Origin: an uncultured Candidatus Saccharibacteria bacterium
Lineage (GTDB): Bacteria; Patescibacteriota; Saccharimonadia; Saccharimonadales; Saccharimonadaceae
DNA: 64,000 bases
Assembly (NCBI GenBank): GCA_963517665.1
Contig: CAUQFZ010000001.1
Location: forward strand, 37,182-101,181
Reading direction: 5' to 3'
Made by a program: the position numbers and the translations under genes
Shown: positions 50,397 to 58,522 of the stretch, piece after piece
Layout: each line of letters begins with the position of its first letter
Numbering within the stretch: the first letter of the stretch is position 1
Notes under the pieces: model-generated
What the model was told of the DNA's origin: nothing
Database searches by the model: none
What the model saw: the letters and a program-made list of their open reading frames with translations, nothing else

Positions 50397-51038
50397 CTAT
50401 TTCTGGTTACTATCCATCAGATCGCGGGCGCGCTTAACGTATTGTCCAGCCGCTACTCCTGCCACAGGAAGATAGCCGGCAAAGCTCAGTGTACCTAGCC
50501 CCTTCAGTGCCTTGGCGGTTTTCTGATAACCCAAGGACTCTGCTGACTTGCCGATGATGAGTAATGTCGTGGTTGCTGCGAGCAGTGCGCTGCTGACTCG
50601 TCCTGCTTGAGTTGGGCGAAGTGGCTCGCGTTCATCAGGGAGTTGCTTGTGTTTGCATTCGGCAACAGCGGTAGCAATGGCTTTTGTTGATTCTAGGCCA
50701 GCAATTGTCGCCACCATGGCTTTTGATGTGGGGTCCTCTTGTGATAACTTCAGTAGTGCTGCTGCTCCAACGATTTTATCCCTGATGGGGTCTAGCTTGA
50801 TGCCTAATTTTGACTGTTGGTTAAGGGCCCTCGCCAGTGAACCATCGACTTTGTCTGACAACTCACCAGCAACTAGTGCTGCCATGCCCTTGAGGGAGTC
50901 GGCATGCTTGATACCGTATAGGCTGAGCATCGCACCTGCTACCGTCACACCGTTCGGTAGTGTTACTATGTCGTCTGAGACAGGTTGTTCTTCTGGGGAC
51001 TTGGTGGGACGAAACTGTGGTTGATGTTCTGCATTCAT
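50397..51038 (-). CDS. CDP-alcohol phosphatidyltransferase-family protein
   Basis: TLPN; DKVDGSLARALNQQSKLGIKLDPIRDK signature. Confidence 0.8.
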   Translation of the reverse strand: MNAEHQPQFRPTKSPEEQPVSDDIVTLPNGVTVAGAMLSLYGIKHADSLKGMAALVAGELSDKVDGSLARALNQQSKLGIKLDPIRDKIVGAAALLKLSQEDPTSKAMVATIAGLESTKAIATAVAECKHKQLPDEREPLRPTQAGRVSSALLAATTTLLIIGKSAESLGYQKTAKALKGLGTLSFAGYLPVAGVAAGQYVKRARDLMDSNQK

Positions 51039-51083
51039 TGACAATATCATACCACTATGGTGAAGTATATTCAAGCATAGGCG

Positions 51084-51956
51084 TTATCGTAGCGTCCAGT
51101 TGTTTGCCCCGAGTGGCTTGATCACGCCATTAATCTCCAACATGGTGAGTGCGGTGGCAAAATCAGCTGCTGGCAGTCCGGACTGTTTTTGTAGCTCATC
51201 GCCGTCACGTACGCCATTTTTGATGAGCTTGGCGATGGTAATTTCAGCTGGTGTAGAACCAATTGGCAATGCGCATTGGGTGGGCTGGGTGGATTTCCAA
51301 GTTGGCGCAATGGCGTTCAAAATATCCTTGGCTGAGAGCGCTGGATTGGCACCTTGAAGCAGCAGGTTGTTACACCCTGCGGATAATGGGCTGGTGATGT
51401 TGCCGGGAACGACAAACACATCACGCCCCTGCTCGAGGGCGTATGCTGCGGTATTGAGCGTACCGCTACGTTCAGCCGCTTCGGTGATGATGATAGCGTC
51501 TGCCAGCCCGCTAACCAGGCGGTTTCTTTGCAAAAAGCTCCATTTGCGTATTTTCATGCCGTCGCCGCGCATCCATTCTGACAGGACTGCGCCGCCCTGT
51601 TTGATGATGTTTTCTGCTAATCCTCGGTTGCTGCGCGGTGCAATATCTGGGAGCTCTGACGTGACGATGCCAATGACCGTGCCACCAGCATTGAGAGCTG
51701 CGGTCTGGGCAATGCTATCAACGCCAAGTGCTAGTCCACTGATGATAATCACCCCGGCTTGTGCCAGGTCTGTGGCTAACCGTTCGGTAACCTCGCGTCC
51801 ATAGCTGCTTGGTTTGCGTGTACCGACGATCGCGACTCGAGGAGCCTGGCTATCTGGGAGTTTTCCCATAAAACATAACCTTTTTGGCGGCTTGGCAATA
51901 TTGACCAACCTCTTGGTGAAAATATGCTCCTCTGGTAGTACTGTATTGATTTCCAT
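51084..51956 (-). CDS. dprA: DNA-protecting protein DprA
   Basis: VAIVGTR, ISGLALGVD, FLQRNRLVSGL, EAAERSG, FVVPG, GCN. Confidence 0.95.
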   Translation of the reverse strand: MEINTVLPEEHIFTKRLVNIAKPPKRLCFMGKLPDSQAPRVAIVGTRKPSSYGREVTERLATDLAQAGVIIISGLALGVDSIAQTAALNAGGTVIGIVTSELPDIAPRSNRGLAENIIKQGGAVLSEWMRGDGMKIRKWSFLQRNRLVSGLADAIIITEAAERSGTLNTAAYALEQGRDVFVVPGNITSPLSAGCNNLLLQGANPALSAKDILNAIAPTWKSTQPTQCALPIGSTPAEITIAKLIKNGVRDGDELQKQSGLPAADFATALTMLEINGVIKPLGANNWTLR

Positions 51957-51976
51957 GACTTTTATTGCAAAAAGTA

Positions 51977-52005
51977 TTGACACTATGTCAAATCTTTGCT
52001 ATAAT
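51977..52005 (+). promoter_or_regulatory. Consensus sigma70 promoter
   Basis: TTGACA-N17-TATAAT with an extended TG; the -35 is half of a TTGACA-cta-TGTCAA palindrome. Confidence 0.8.
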
Positions 52006-52011
52006 GATACA

Positions 52012-52328
52012 CGATTGGTTGATCAGCGAGTTCAACCAAATGCACCTTATACCCCCTATTCTAACTATATGTTAGGTTGCGCGCAATGGCATTAAGTATC
52101 TTACCCTCCACTTTTTGCGTTAAACGTTACGCGCATACTAACCCCTTTAACTGCCCTTTTGATTAAGGCGACCTCTGTTTCATGGTGAGTACGCACTGTA
52201 TTGACGATTCGTCAGGCGCCGGTCTTTTGGAGTTTTGACCGCAGACGCTTTGCCATGACATGGAAGCTCGGGTGGGTTGAAGGGTAACAAAGCACCAGGT
52301 GATGCCCACCCTTACCTGGTGCTTTTTT
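52012..52328 (+). ncRNA. Candidate ~315-nt structured small RNA
   Basis: Lies between a perfect promoter and a strong terminator; no ORF of 60 aa or more starts in it; several stems. Confidence 0.55.
52289..52328 (+). terminator. Intrinsic terminator (may also serve fur)
   Basis: AAAGCACCAGGT-N13-ACCTGGTGCTTTTTT. Confidence 0.8.
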
Positions 52329-52343
52329 AGTTGGGAAATTATT

Positions 52344-52757
52344 TTATTTCGTTTGGTGTTTTTGACAATTTTTACAAATGCCTTCTAGTTCAAAGTGGTG
52401 TTTGACGACGGTAAACTGATGTTTGCGGCTGAGATAGCCGACAAGCTGCTCCAATTCTGGTGTTTGGATAGGCTCAGCGTTTTGACAGCGGATACAGTAG
52501 AGATGGTGATGATGCGGAATAAACGGCTCAGCGAGCTCGTAGTAGTTTTTCCAGCCAATAGCAACGGCGCTGACGATGTGTAACTGATCAAAGGTAACGA
52601 GGGTGCGGTAGACGCTGGCTCGGTCAACGTTTTTGCACTTTTTGGCAATATCACTAATGGTTAGTGGAACAGCTGACTGCTGCAATACCCCAAATACTTG
52701 CTGGCGTGGTTTCGTCAGGCGCAGGTTGTGCTGTTTAAGCAGTTCGTCTATTGTCAT
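52344..52757 (-). CDS. Fur-family regulator (Zur-like)
   Basis: LRLTKPR, ASVYRTL, HHHHLYCIRC, GICKNC. Confidence 0.93.
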   Translation of the reverse strand: MTIDELLKQHNLRLTKPRQQVFGVLQQSAVPLTISDIAKKCKNVDRASVYRTLVTFDQLHIVSAVAIGWKNYYELAEPFIPHHHHLYCIRCQNAEPIQTPELEQLVGYLSRKHQFTVVKHHFELEGICKNCQKHQTK

Positions 52758-52801
52758 ATTGTTGCAATTATATCATTTATTGCGACAAATTTGCAATAAA
52801 T
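52751..52801. promoter_or_regulatory. Putative Fur-family operator(s)
   Basis: ATTTATTGC-N9-GCAATAAAT (52775-52801) and TTGt-N9-GCAA over the fur start (52751-52767). Confidence 0.65.
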
Positions 52802-52827
52802 GAGAGGGTTTGGCATTATGAAAAGCT

Positions 52828-53595
52828 ATGGATATAGCGATTAGAACAGTAATGAATTTGCATGAGTTTGCGCCATCACCAGATGTGAATGCGGCTTTTT
52901 CTGGTTTGGTGGCGGCAGTCGTGCAGGCAGCAGCTTTACCGAGTTGGTGCAATGAGGAGGTGCGTCGCGAAGTGCAACGCCGTTGCTCCCTGTCGGAGTC
53001 AGAGATGGAAATGTATTGGTCGCGGCGAATTGCCAGCTCAGCCCGTCCGCAGCAAGAGCTGGAAAAGTTTTGGTATATTGATAATTACCGCGAGCTGGTG
53101 CGGCGTGAAGTTGGTCTACTGGGTGGCTCGGGTTTGATGTTGAGTGATAGTAGTCGCGTGGCGATGATCGGCAGTGGTCCTCTGCCTTTGACCGCTTGGT
53201 GTTTGTGGTATCAGACAGGCGCGATGGTTGATTTGGTAGACGTGGCGCCGGCTGCTTTGGTGCAGTCGCGCGAACTAGCACGGGCGATTGCTTGGCCGGT
53301 TGGCGAGTGTCTGGTGGCGGACGGAGCGGCGGTAGCTTTGCTGGGTAAGGCTTATGATGTGGTCTATGTGGCTGGGCTGGCGGGCGATTCAGCTGAAGCC
53401 AAACAGCAAATTATTGATAATATTTTGCCAGCGCTCCGGCCTGGCGGGCGGATCATCGTGCGCAGTGCACGTGGTGCGAAAACGTTGCTGTATCCAGCGT
53501 TTGACCCGAATAGTTTACAGCGCGTGCAGTTGTTGGTCGAATATAATCCTGACGACGATATTATCAATTCAGTATATGTGTACAAGAAAGGCTAA
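52828..53595 (+). CDS. Nicotianamine synthase-family protein
   Basis: E..ME.YWS, F.YIDNY..LV..E, AMIGSGPLPLT, YDVVYVAGLAG, VRSARG..LLYP. Confidence 0.85.
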   Translation: MDIAIRTVMNLHEFAPSPDVNAAFSGLVAAVVQAAALPSWCNEEVRREVQRRCSLSESEMEMYWSRRIASSARPQQELEKFWYIDNYRELVRREVGLLGGSGLMLSDSSRVAMIGSGPLPLTAWCLWYQTGAMVDLVDVAPAALVQSRELARAIAWPVGECLVADGAAVALLGKAYDVVYVAGLAGDSAEAKQQIIDNILPALRPGGRIIVRSARGAKTLLYPAFDPNSLQRVQLLVEYNPDDDIINSVYVYKKG

Positions 53596-53597
53596 TT

Positions 53598-54497
53598 ATG
53601 AATGATAAGATTGCGTTATATCTGGTGAATGGCGCGCTGGGTGCCGGCAAAACCACGCTGGTCGATTTTTTGGTGCAGCAGCCTGAGTTTGCTGGCGCGC
53701 GAGTGATTGAGAATGAGTTTGCGTCGGAAAGTATTGATAGCTGCAGATTGGCAGAGCGTGTTGACGAAGTGGCAACAATTGCTGGCAAGTGTATCTGCTG
53801 CAGTAGCGGCGAAGAGCTGATTGACATTTTGCACAATTTTGCAATAAGCGGGAAAGCACCAGTGATCATTGAGTCAACTGGTGTTGCTAACACGCTGCGG
53901 GTGGTCGAGAAATTGCTGGCTGGTGATATCTTTGAGCAGTATGATTTGCAGCAGTCGTTGTATGTCGTGGATGGAGCTGAAACTAGGGTTAATGGTTTGG
54001 CGGAGGTGTTGCTAACGGAAGCTCAGGCGGCGGACATAGTATTGCTCAGCAAGTTAGACTTACTGACTGACAGTAACCGTCAGCAGCTCATTGAGATATT
54101 GTCGCAACAAGGACTGACTAATGTTGTGAGGATGGATCGCGGTAAATTTGATTTGGCGCAGCTTGGCAGTCAGTCACAGATTTTGGATTATTTACTGCTG
54201 CACGATCCTGCGGAAAACGCGGCTGAGGATGCCTTAAATTACAGCGTGGTTGACGTAGCAGGCCTGGTTATTAGCACTGAGGAGACTGAAACGGTCTGGA
54301 CTAATTTACGAGATAAATATACTTTGCGGCGCATGAAAGGCGCGGTTGCTGATGGTGACGAGATATTTCACATCGAAGCAACGCCGCAGCAAATGCAGGT
54401 CACGCGCGGTACCACTGATGAGTCATTAAAATTAGTTGTCATTGGCGAGCGGGCGCGTGAGATTACGCGCGCAGTAATTATGAAGGAGTTGGGATGA
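53598..54497 (+). CDS. COG0523/CobW-family metallochaperone GTPase
   Basis: GALGAGKTT, ENEF, CICC, IESTG, SKLD, RMKG. Confidence 0.88.
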   Translation: MNDKIALYLVNGALGAGKTTLVDFLVQQPEFAGARVIENEFASESIDSCRLAERVDEVATIAGKCICCSSGEELIDILHNFAISGKAPVIIESTGVANTLRVVEKLLAGDIFEQYDLQQSLYVVDGAETRVNGLAEVLLTEAQAADIVLLSKLDLLTDSNRQQLIEILSQQGLTNVVRMDRGKFDLAQLGSQSQILDYLLLHDPAENAAEDALNYSVVDVAGLVISTEETETVWTNLRDKYTLRRMKGAVADGDEIFHIEATPQQMQVTRGTTDESLKLVVIGERAREITRAVIMKELG

Positions 54498-55039
54498 TGG
54501 AAGGTACGAATAATGCGAGAGCGGCGGTTGATAAGCTGCTTGATATGTATGATGAGTATAAGACTTTGACAGTAAAGATTGCTGCTGCGGAGCGCCGTTT
54601 GGCATTGGCGAAATTGAAGAATAGCAGTGGCGAACAGATACGGATAGAGCTGGATGACTTACGGCATAGCCAGCAGCAACTGTCTGATAATATGACGTTT
54701 GATACGCCACTAGTTTGGGTGATGTACAAGTTCGAGGCCTACCAGGATGAGGCGCAGCCGATTCAAACCATGCACGATTTTCGCTTACACTGTTCGAAGC
54801 CCGGCTATATTTGCACTAAACGCTTCACATTTTTAAATACACACTTGTGCAATAATGGGCAGTGTCCCCTGGCGGACGACGAACGATACCCTGACAAAAT
54901 GTTACTTAGTGAGATTTTTCCGCTCCTTGGTGAAATTGAACGAGATGAAGTTTTCGTATCCATTTGGCGTGCGCATGAGTACTACCAGGAGGATGGAATT
55001 GTCAAAAAATGGCAGGACTATGCGGGCTGTGCGACATAA
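54494..55039 (+). CDS. Hypothetical protein: coiled coil + Cys/His cluster
   Basis: ATGA-coupled to the GTPase; HC-x6-C-x9-HLC-x4-C. Confidence 0.7.
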   Translation: MMEGTNNARAAVDKLLDMYDEYKTLTVKIAAAERRLALAKLKNSSGEQIRIELDDLRHSQQQLSDNMTFDTPLVWVMYKFEAYQDEAQPIQTMHDFRLHCSKPGYICTKRFTFLNTHLCNNGQCPLADDERYPDKMLLSEIFPLLGEIERDEVFVSIWRAHEYYQEDGIVKKWQDYAGCAT

Positions 55040-55098
55040 CTTATAACCTGCCAACTAAGTACAGATGATTCTATGTAGATATGCTATACTAAAGCAAT

Positions 55099-56172
55099 AT
55101 GAAACATCTCTGGCGTTCACATCATCCATTTCGAATCTTTTGGTTTTCAGCACTATTGACATTGATTTTGGGCGGTTTGATGTTCATACACTTGGGCCTT
55201 GGTGGCCTCTGGCTATTTGCTATTTTGGTGGTGTTGGAAGTGACGTTTAGCTTTGACAACGCGGTGATTAACAGCAAAGTATTGGCTGGTATGAGCTCGA
55301 CGTGGCAAAAAGTATTTTTGACGGTTGGGATTTTTGTGGCGGTGTTTGTGGTGCGGTTTATTTTGCCAATTTTCATCGTTATGGTGGCGAGCGGTCATGG
55401 TTTTACTGAGGTGGTCGACCTGGCTATCAATAAGCCGACTGAGTATGGTCACATCTTGCACGAGGCGTCACCAATGATTGACGCATTTGGTGGTGCGTTT
55501 TTGATCATGATTGGGCTGAGTTATTTCATCGATTATAATAAGCGTATCCACTGGGTCAGTCATGTTGAGCCGTGGCTGGCCAAGGCTGGGCGATTTGAGA
55601 ATTTCAAAGTTTGTTTGATGCTGGCGGTGGCGACTATTTTGTATTTCACAGTGGAGCCAGCACATCAGTCGCTGATTTTGATTTCATCTATTTTGGGAAT
55701 CATGCTGCACATCGGGCTAGAATTGTTTGGCTCATTTTTCCATGAGGAAGATGCTCAATCTATCAAAATCAAGACCGGTTGGGCGGCATTTGCGAGCTTG
55801 CTGTACCTTGAGGTACTGGATGCTAGCTTTAGTTTTGACGGCGTCATCGGTGCGTTCGCTATCACTAGTAGTGTTTTGTTGATTGTTGCTGGCTTGGCGG
55901 CTGGCGCGGTTTGGGTGCGGTCGCTAACAGTGTATCTATTGCGCACAGGCGTGCTCAGTAAATATAAGTATTTAGAAAATGGCGCACACTGGGCGATTAC
56001 GGCACTTGGTATGATGATGATCGCGAAGCTGTTTCATCTGGAGTTGCCAGAATGGGCGACAGGCGGCCTGGGGTTGTTGTTTGTGAGTTTGGCGGTTGGT
56101 AGTAGCGTTTTGGAGGCACGATCCATCAGGCTGCGAGAAGCAGCAGCGAAAATCAAACGTCGAAAACGATAA
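55099..56172 (+). CDS. DUF475 / TerC-like membrane protein
   Basis: LEVTFSFDNAVIN, YLEVLDASFSFDGVIGAFAIT, YLENGAHWAI. Confidence 0.9.
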   Translation: MKHLWRSHHPFRIFWFSALLTLILGGLMFIHLGLGGLWLFAILVVLEVTFSFDNAVINSKVLAGMSSTWQKVFLTVGIFVAVFVVRFILPIFIVMVASGHGFTEVVDLAINKPTEYGHILHEASPMIDAFGGAFLIMIGLSYFIDYNKRIHWVSHVEPWLAKAGRFENFKVCLMLAVATILYFTVEPAHQSLILISSILGIMLHIGLELFGSFFHEEDAQSIKIKTGWAAFASLLYLEVLDASFSFDGVIGAFAITSSVLLIVAGLAAGAVWVRSLTVYLLRTGVLSKYKYLENGAHWAITALGMMMIAKLFHLELPEWATGGLGLLFVSLAVGSSVLEARSIRLREAAAKIKRRKR

Positions 56173-56177
56173 GCGTT

Positions 56178-56194
56178 TTGCAACGTTGTTGCAA
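56178..56194. promoter_or_regulatory. Palindrome matching the putative Fur-family box
   Basis: TTGCAAC-GTT-GTTGCAA (TTGC-N9-GCAA). Confidence 0.45.
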
Positions 56195-56201
56195 TTTGCA
56201 A

Positions 56202-56762
56202 TTAGAGCTTGACGCTTAGTGGTTCAATGCTACCATCAAGAAATGCGCTAACTAGCTTGATTGACTCGGGGATTGTCCAATCGCAGAGAATGGTGCGTTC
56301 GTCGGCGTTGAACTTGCTGAGGACAAAATCAACATCGCCGATTTGCCGGCGTAGCAAGTTATCGGTGCCGATGCGGATGTGCCAAAACTCACTGCCAACG
56401 TGTCGATGCAGTGATTTCAAACCGTTATTGCCAGCACTTTCGCCACCCTTGCGGACGCGAATTTTACCAAAATCAAGAGCCGTATCGTCATGGATGATCA
56501 GCAGATCATCGAGCGTTACCTTATAAAAATCCATGAGCGCTCGCGCTGCAATGCCAACTTCGTTGTAATACGTCGTCGGTTTGACAAGCAGGATTTTCTC
56601 TCCAGATATGTTCAATTCGGCAATATCAGCCGAGAATTTTGGCTTATTGCTAAATTGTGCACCGTGCCCTGCTGCCAACTGGTTGACCACCAAAAAACCA
56701 GCGTTATGCCGCGTGTACGTGTACTTATCGCCAGGATTGCCGAGGGCTAGAATGACTTTCAT
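56202..56762 (-). CDS. pth: Peptidyl-tRNA hydrolase
   Basis: LGNPG..Y..TRHNAGF, KPTTYYN, IHDD, GNNGLKS. Confidence 0.96.
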   Translation of the reverse strand: MKVILALGNPGDKYTYTRHNAGFLVVNQLAAGHGAQFSNKPKFSADIAELNISGEKILLVKPTTYYNEVGIAARALMDFYKVTLDDLLIIHDDTALDFGKIRVRKGGESAGNNGLKSLHRHVGSEFWHIRIGTDNLLRRQIGDVDFVLSKFNADERTILCDWTIPESIKLVSAFLDGSIEPLSVKL

Positions 56763-56806
56763 ACCTTCAGTATATCACCTCGGACGCGATGGCGTATAAT
56801 AGAGAT

Positions 56807-57778
56807 ATGGCGAAACGCGATGATGATTTGGAATTTAGTATCAATGCAGCGTTTGACGAGGCGCGGACGGTTGTCGACAAGGTGCCGCTGTATTTGGTGA
56901 ATGGCTCGCTGGGCGCTGGCAAGACGAGCGTGCTGGAGTTCTTATTGCAACAATGTGACTTTACGGGCGCGCGAGTGATTGAAAATGAATATGCCAACGA
57001 AAATGTCGATGGCTACCGGTTGGAGGGCTTGGCGGACATGGTGACGACCTTGGCTGGTGACTGTGTTTGCTGTGGCTCGGAGGATGCGCTGACCAAGATG
57101 CTGATGGACTTTAGCCGCTATTCCCCTGCGCCAGTGTTCATCGAGGCGACGGGCGTGGCACGGACGATGAATTTGGTGGAGCGATTGATTAGCGCCAAGA
57201 TGTTTCATAAGTACGAGTTGATGCAGAGTTTTTACGTGATCGATGCGCATGAGATTTTACGCGGTGTTGAGCCAGCGCACGAAATTGAATTGCAAGCCGC
57301 AGATGCGATTTTGGTGACCAAGGAAGATCTGCTGAAGGACAGCGAACGGGCTGAATACGAAATAAAACGCCACGCCCTGCCCTATGCCAAGGTGCTGAGC
57401 GCCCCACACGGCCAGTTTGACCTCAGTAAAATCACCACGCCGTCGGGGCTGTTGGCGTTTTTCGACCAGTATGATGGCGAGCTCGCGGTGCCGGACAATC
57501 CAACCTATAGCGTGGTTGATTTATCGGCCGTCGCTGTTGGTGAAGCGGTGTTTGAAAAGCTGTGGCCAGAGCTGTTTGCAGTATATGGTCTCAGGCGGCT
57601 GAAAGGTTGTTTTATAAACGACCGTGGTGAGCGGCGGCACATTGAGGCGACGCAGTACCAAATTGGGATTCGTCATGCATGCTCAGATGAGGCAGTAAAA
57701 ATTGTGCTGATCGGTGAGCGAGCAGATGAAATTACACGCGATATTTTGCAAGCGCACATTCTCATGTATGGTGGATGA
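56807..57778 (+). CDS. Second COG0523/CobW-family GTPase
   Basis: GSLGAGKT, ENEY, CVCC, IEATG, TKED, RLKG; start after TATAAT. Confidence 0.88.
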   Translation: MAKRDDDLEFSINAAFDEARTVVDKVPLYLVNGSLGAGKTSVLEFLLQQCDFTGARVIENEYANENVDGYRLEGLADMVTTLAGDCVCCGSEDALTKMLMDFSRYSPAPVFIEATGVARTMNLVERLISAKMFHKYELMQSFYVIDAHEILRGVEPAHEIELQAADAILVTKEDLLKDSERAEYEIKRHALPYAKVLSAPHGQFDLSKITTPSGLLAFFDQYDGELAVPDNPTYSVVDLSAVAVGEAVFEKLWPELFAVYGLRRLKGCFINDRGERRHIEATQYQIGIRHACSDEAVKIVLIGERADEITRDILQAHILMYGG

Positions 57779-58420
57779 TTAGCTTTTTCCTGCGGTGTCT
57801 GGGCTATCGACAGTGATGGTTTGGTATGATTTACCCTTTTTTGTTTTATCTATCTCAGCAGGCTTCACAGTAAGAGTAAAACCTTCCTGTAGTTCGGAAA
57901 ATGGTCCAAGTAATCCGTAGGCTGCAACCTCTCCAACTGCTCGCATAAAGTTCTCGGCAGCTTGTTCTCGTTCAGCTAGTTCTGCTGGACTTTCACCTGC
58001 TACTCCTGGTATCTCAACACCAGTAATAACTTCACTAAAGTCGGGGTACTCGGCGTCACCTGGTTCTGCTGTAACAGACATACTTGCACTTGTGCAACCA
58101 GTAGCTTCGGACATGTCAAAGATGGATGATTTTTTACCAGCACGGTCAAGTAGCGGTTGGTGGTTACCAGTGTCTCCGGCGAGGAGAGTAACTCCTACCA
58201 TAGTCTCCTCACGCGTCGTGTCTTTGTCGTCTTGCGGTAGTACTTGAATGTCATCGACTGAGCCGATACGCATGGAATATTCGGTTGCTTTTTCGCTAAA
58301 GAAAGGTTTAACGGTGATCCTAAAAGTAGTTTTCTTAGGGTCTATGGTATCAATGGACGGCGTTTGTTCGGGACCGGGAACTGCCCGTTCAGGGAGTGTA
58401 GAATTTGTCAAGTTTTCCAT
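57779..58420 (-). CDS. Hypothetical acidic protein
   Basis: 213-aa ORF; TTTACA-N17-TATAAT upstream. Confidence 0.7.
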   Translation of the reverse strand: MENLTNSTLPERAVPGPEQTPSIDTIDPKKTTFRITVKPFFSEKATEYSMRIGSVDDIQVLPQDDKDTTREETMVGVTLLAGDTGNHQPLLDRAGKKSSIFDMSEATGCTSASMSVTAEPGDAEYPDFSEVITGVEIPGVAGESPAELAEREQAAENFMRAVGEVAAYGLLGPFSELQEGFTLTVKPAEIDKTKKGKSYQTITVDSPDTAGKS

Positions 58421-58522
58421 ATGTGTTTTATTATATCACATCAGCTGATATTTGTAAATAGTGTATTGACATGAAAATAGACCACCCAGAGAGGTTCAAG
58501 CTGAGATGCAAATCATCAAAGG

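Noticed and set aside
52012..52328. RNase P, SRP or 6S identity for the candidate sRNA
   Set aside because: Could not find the RNase P P4 or SRP helix-8 consensus, or a 6S-like rod, by eye; left unassigned
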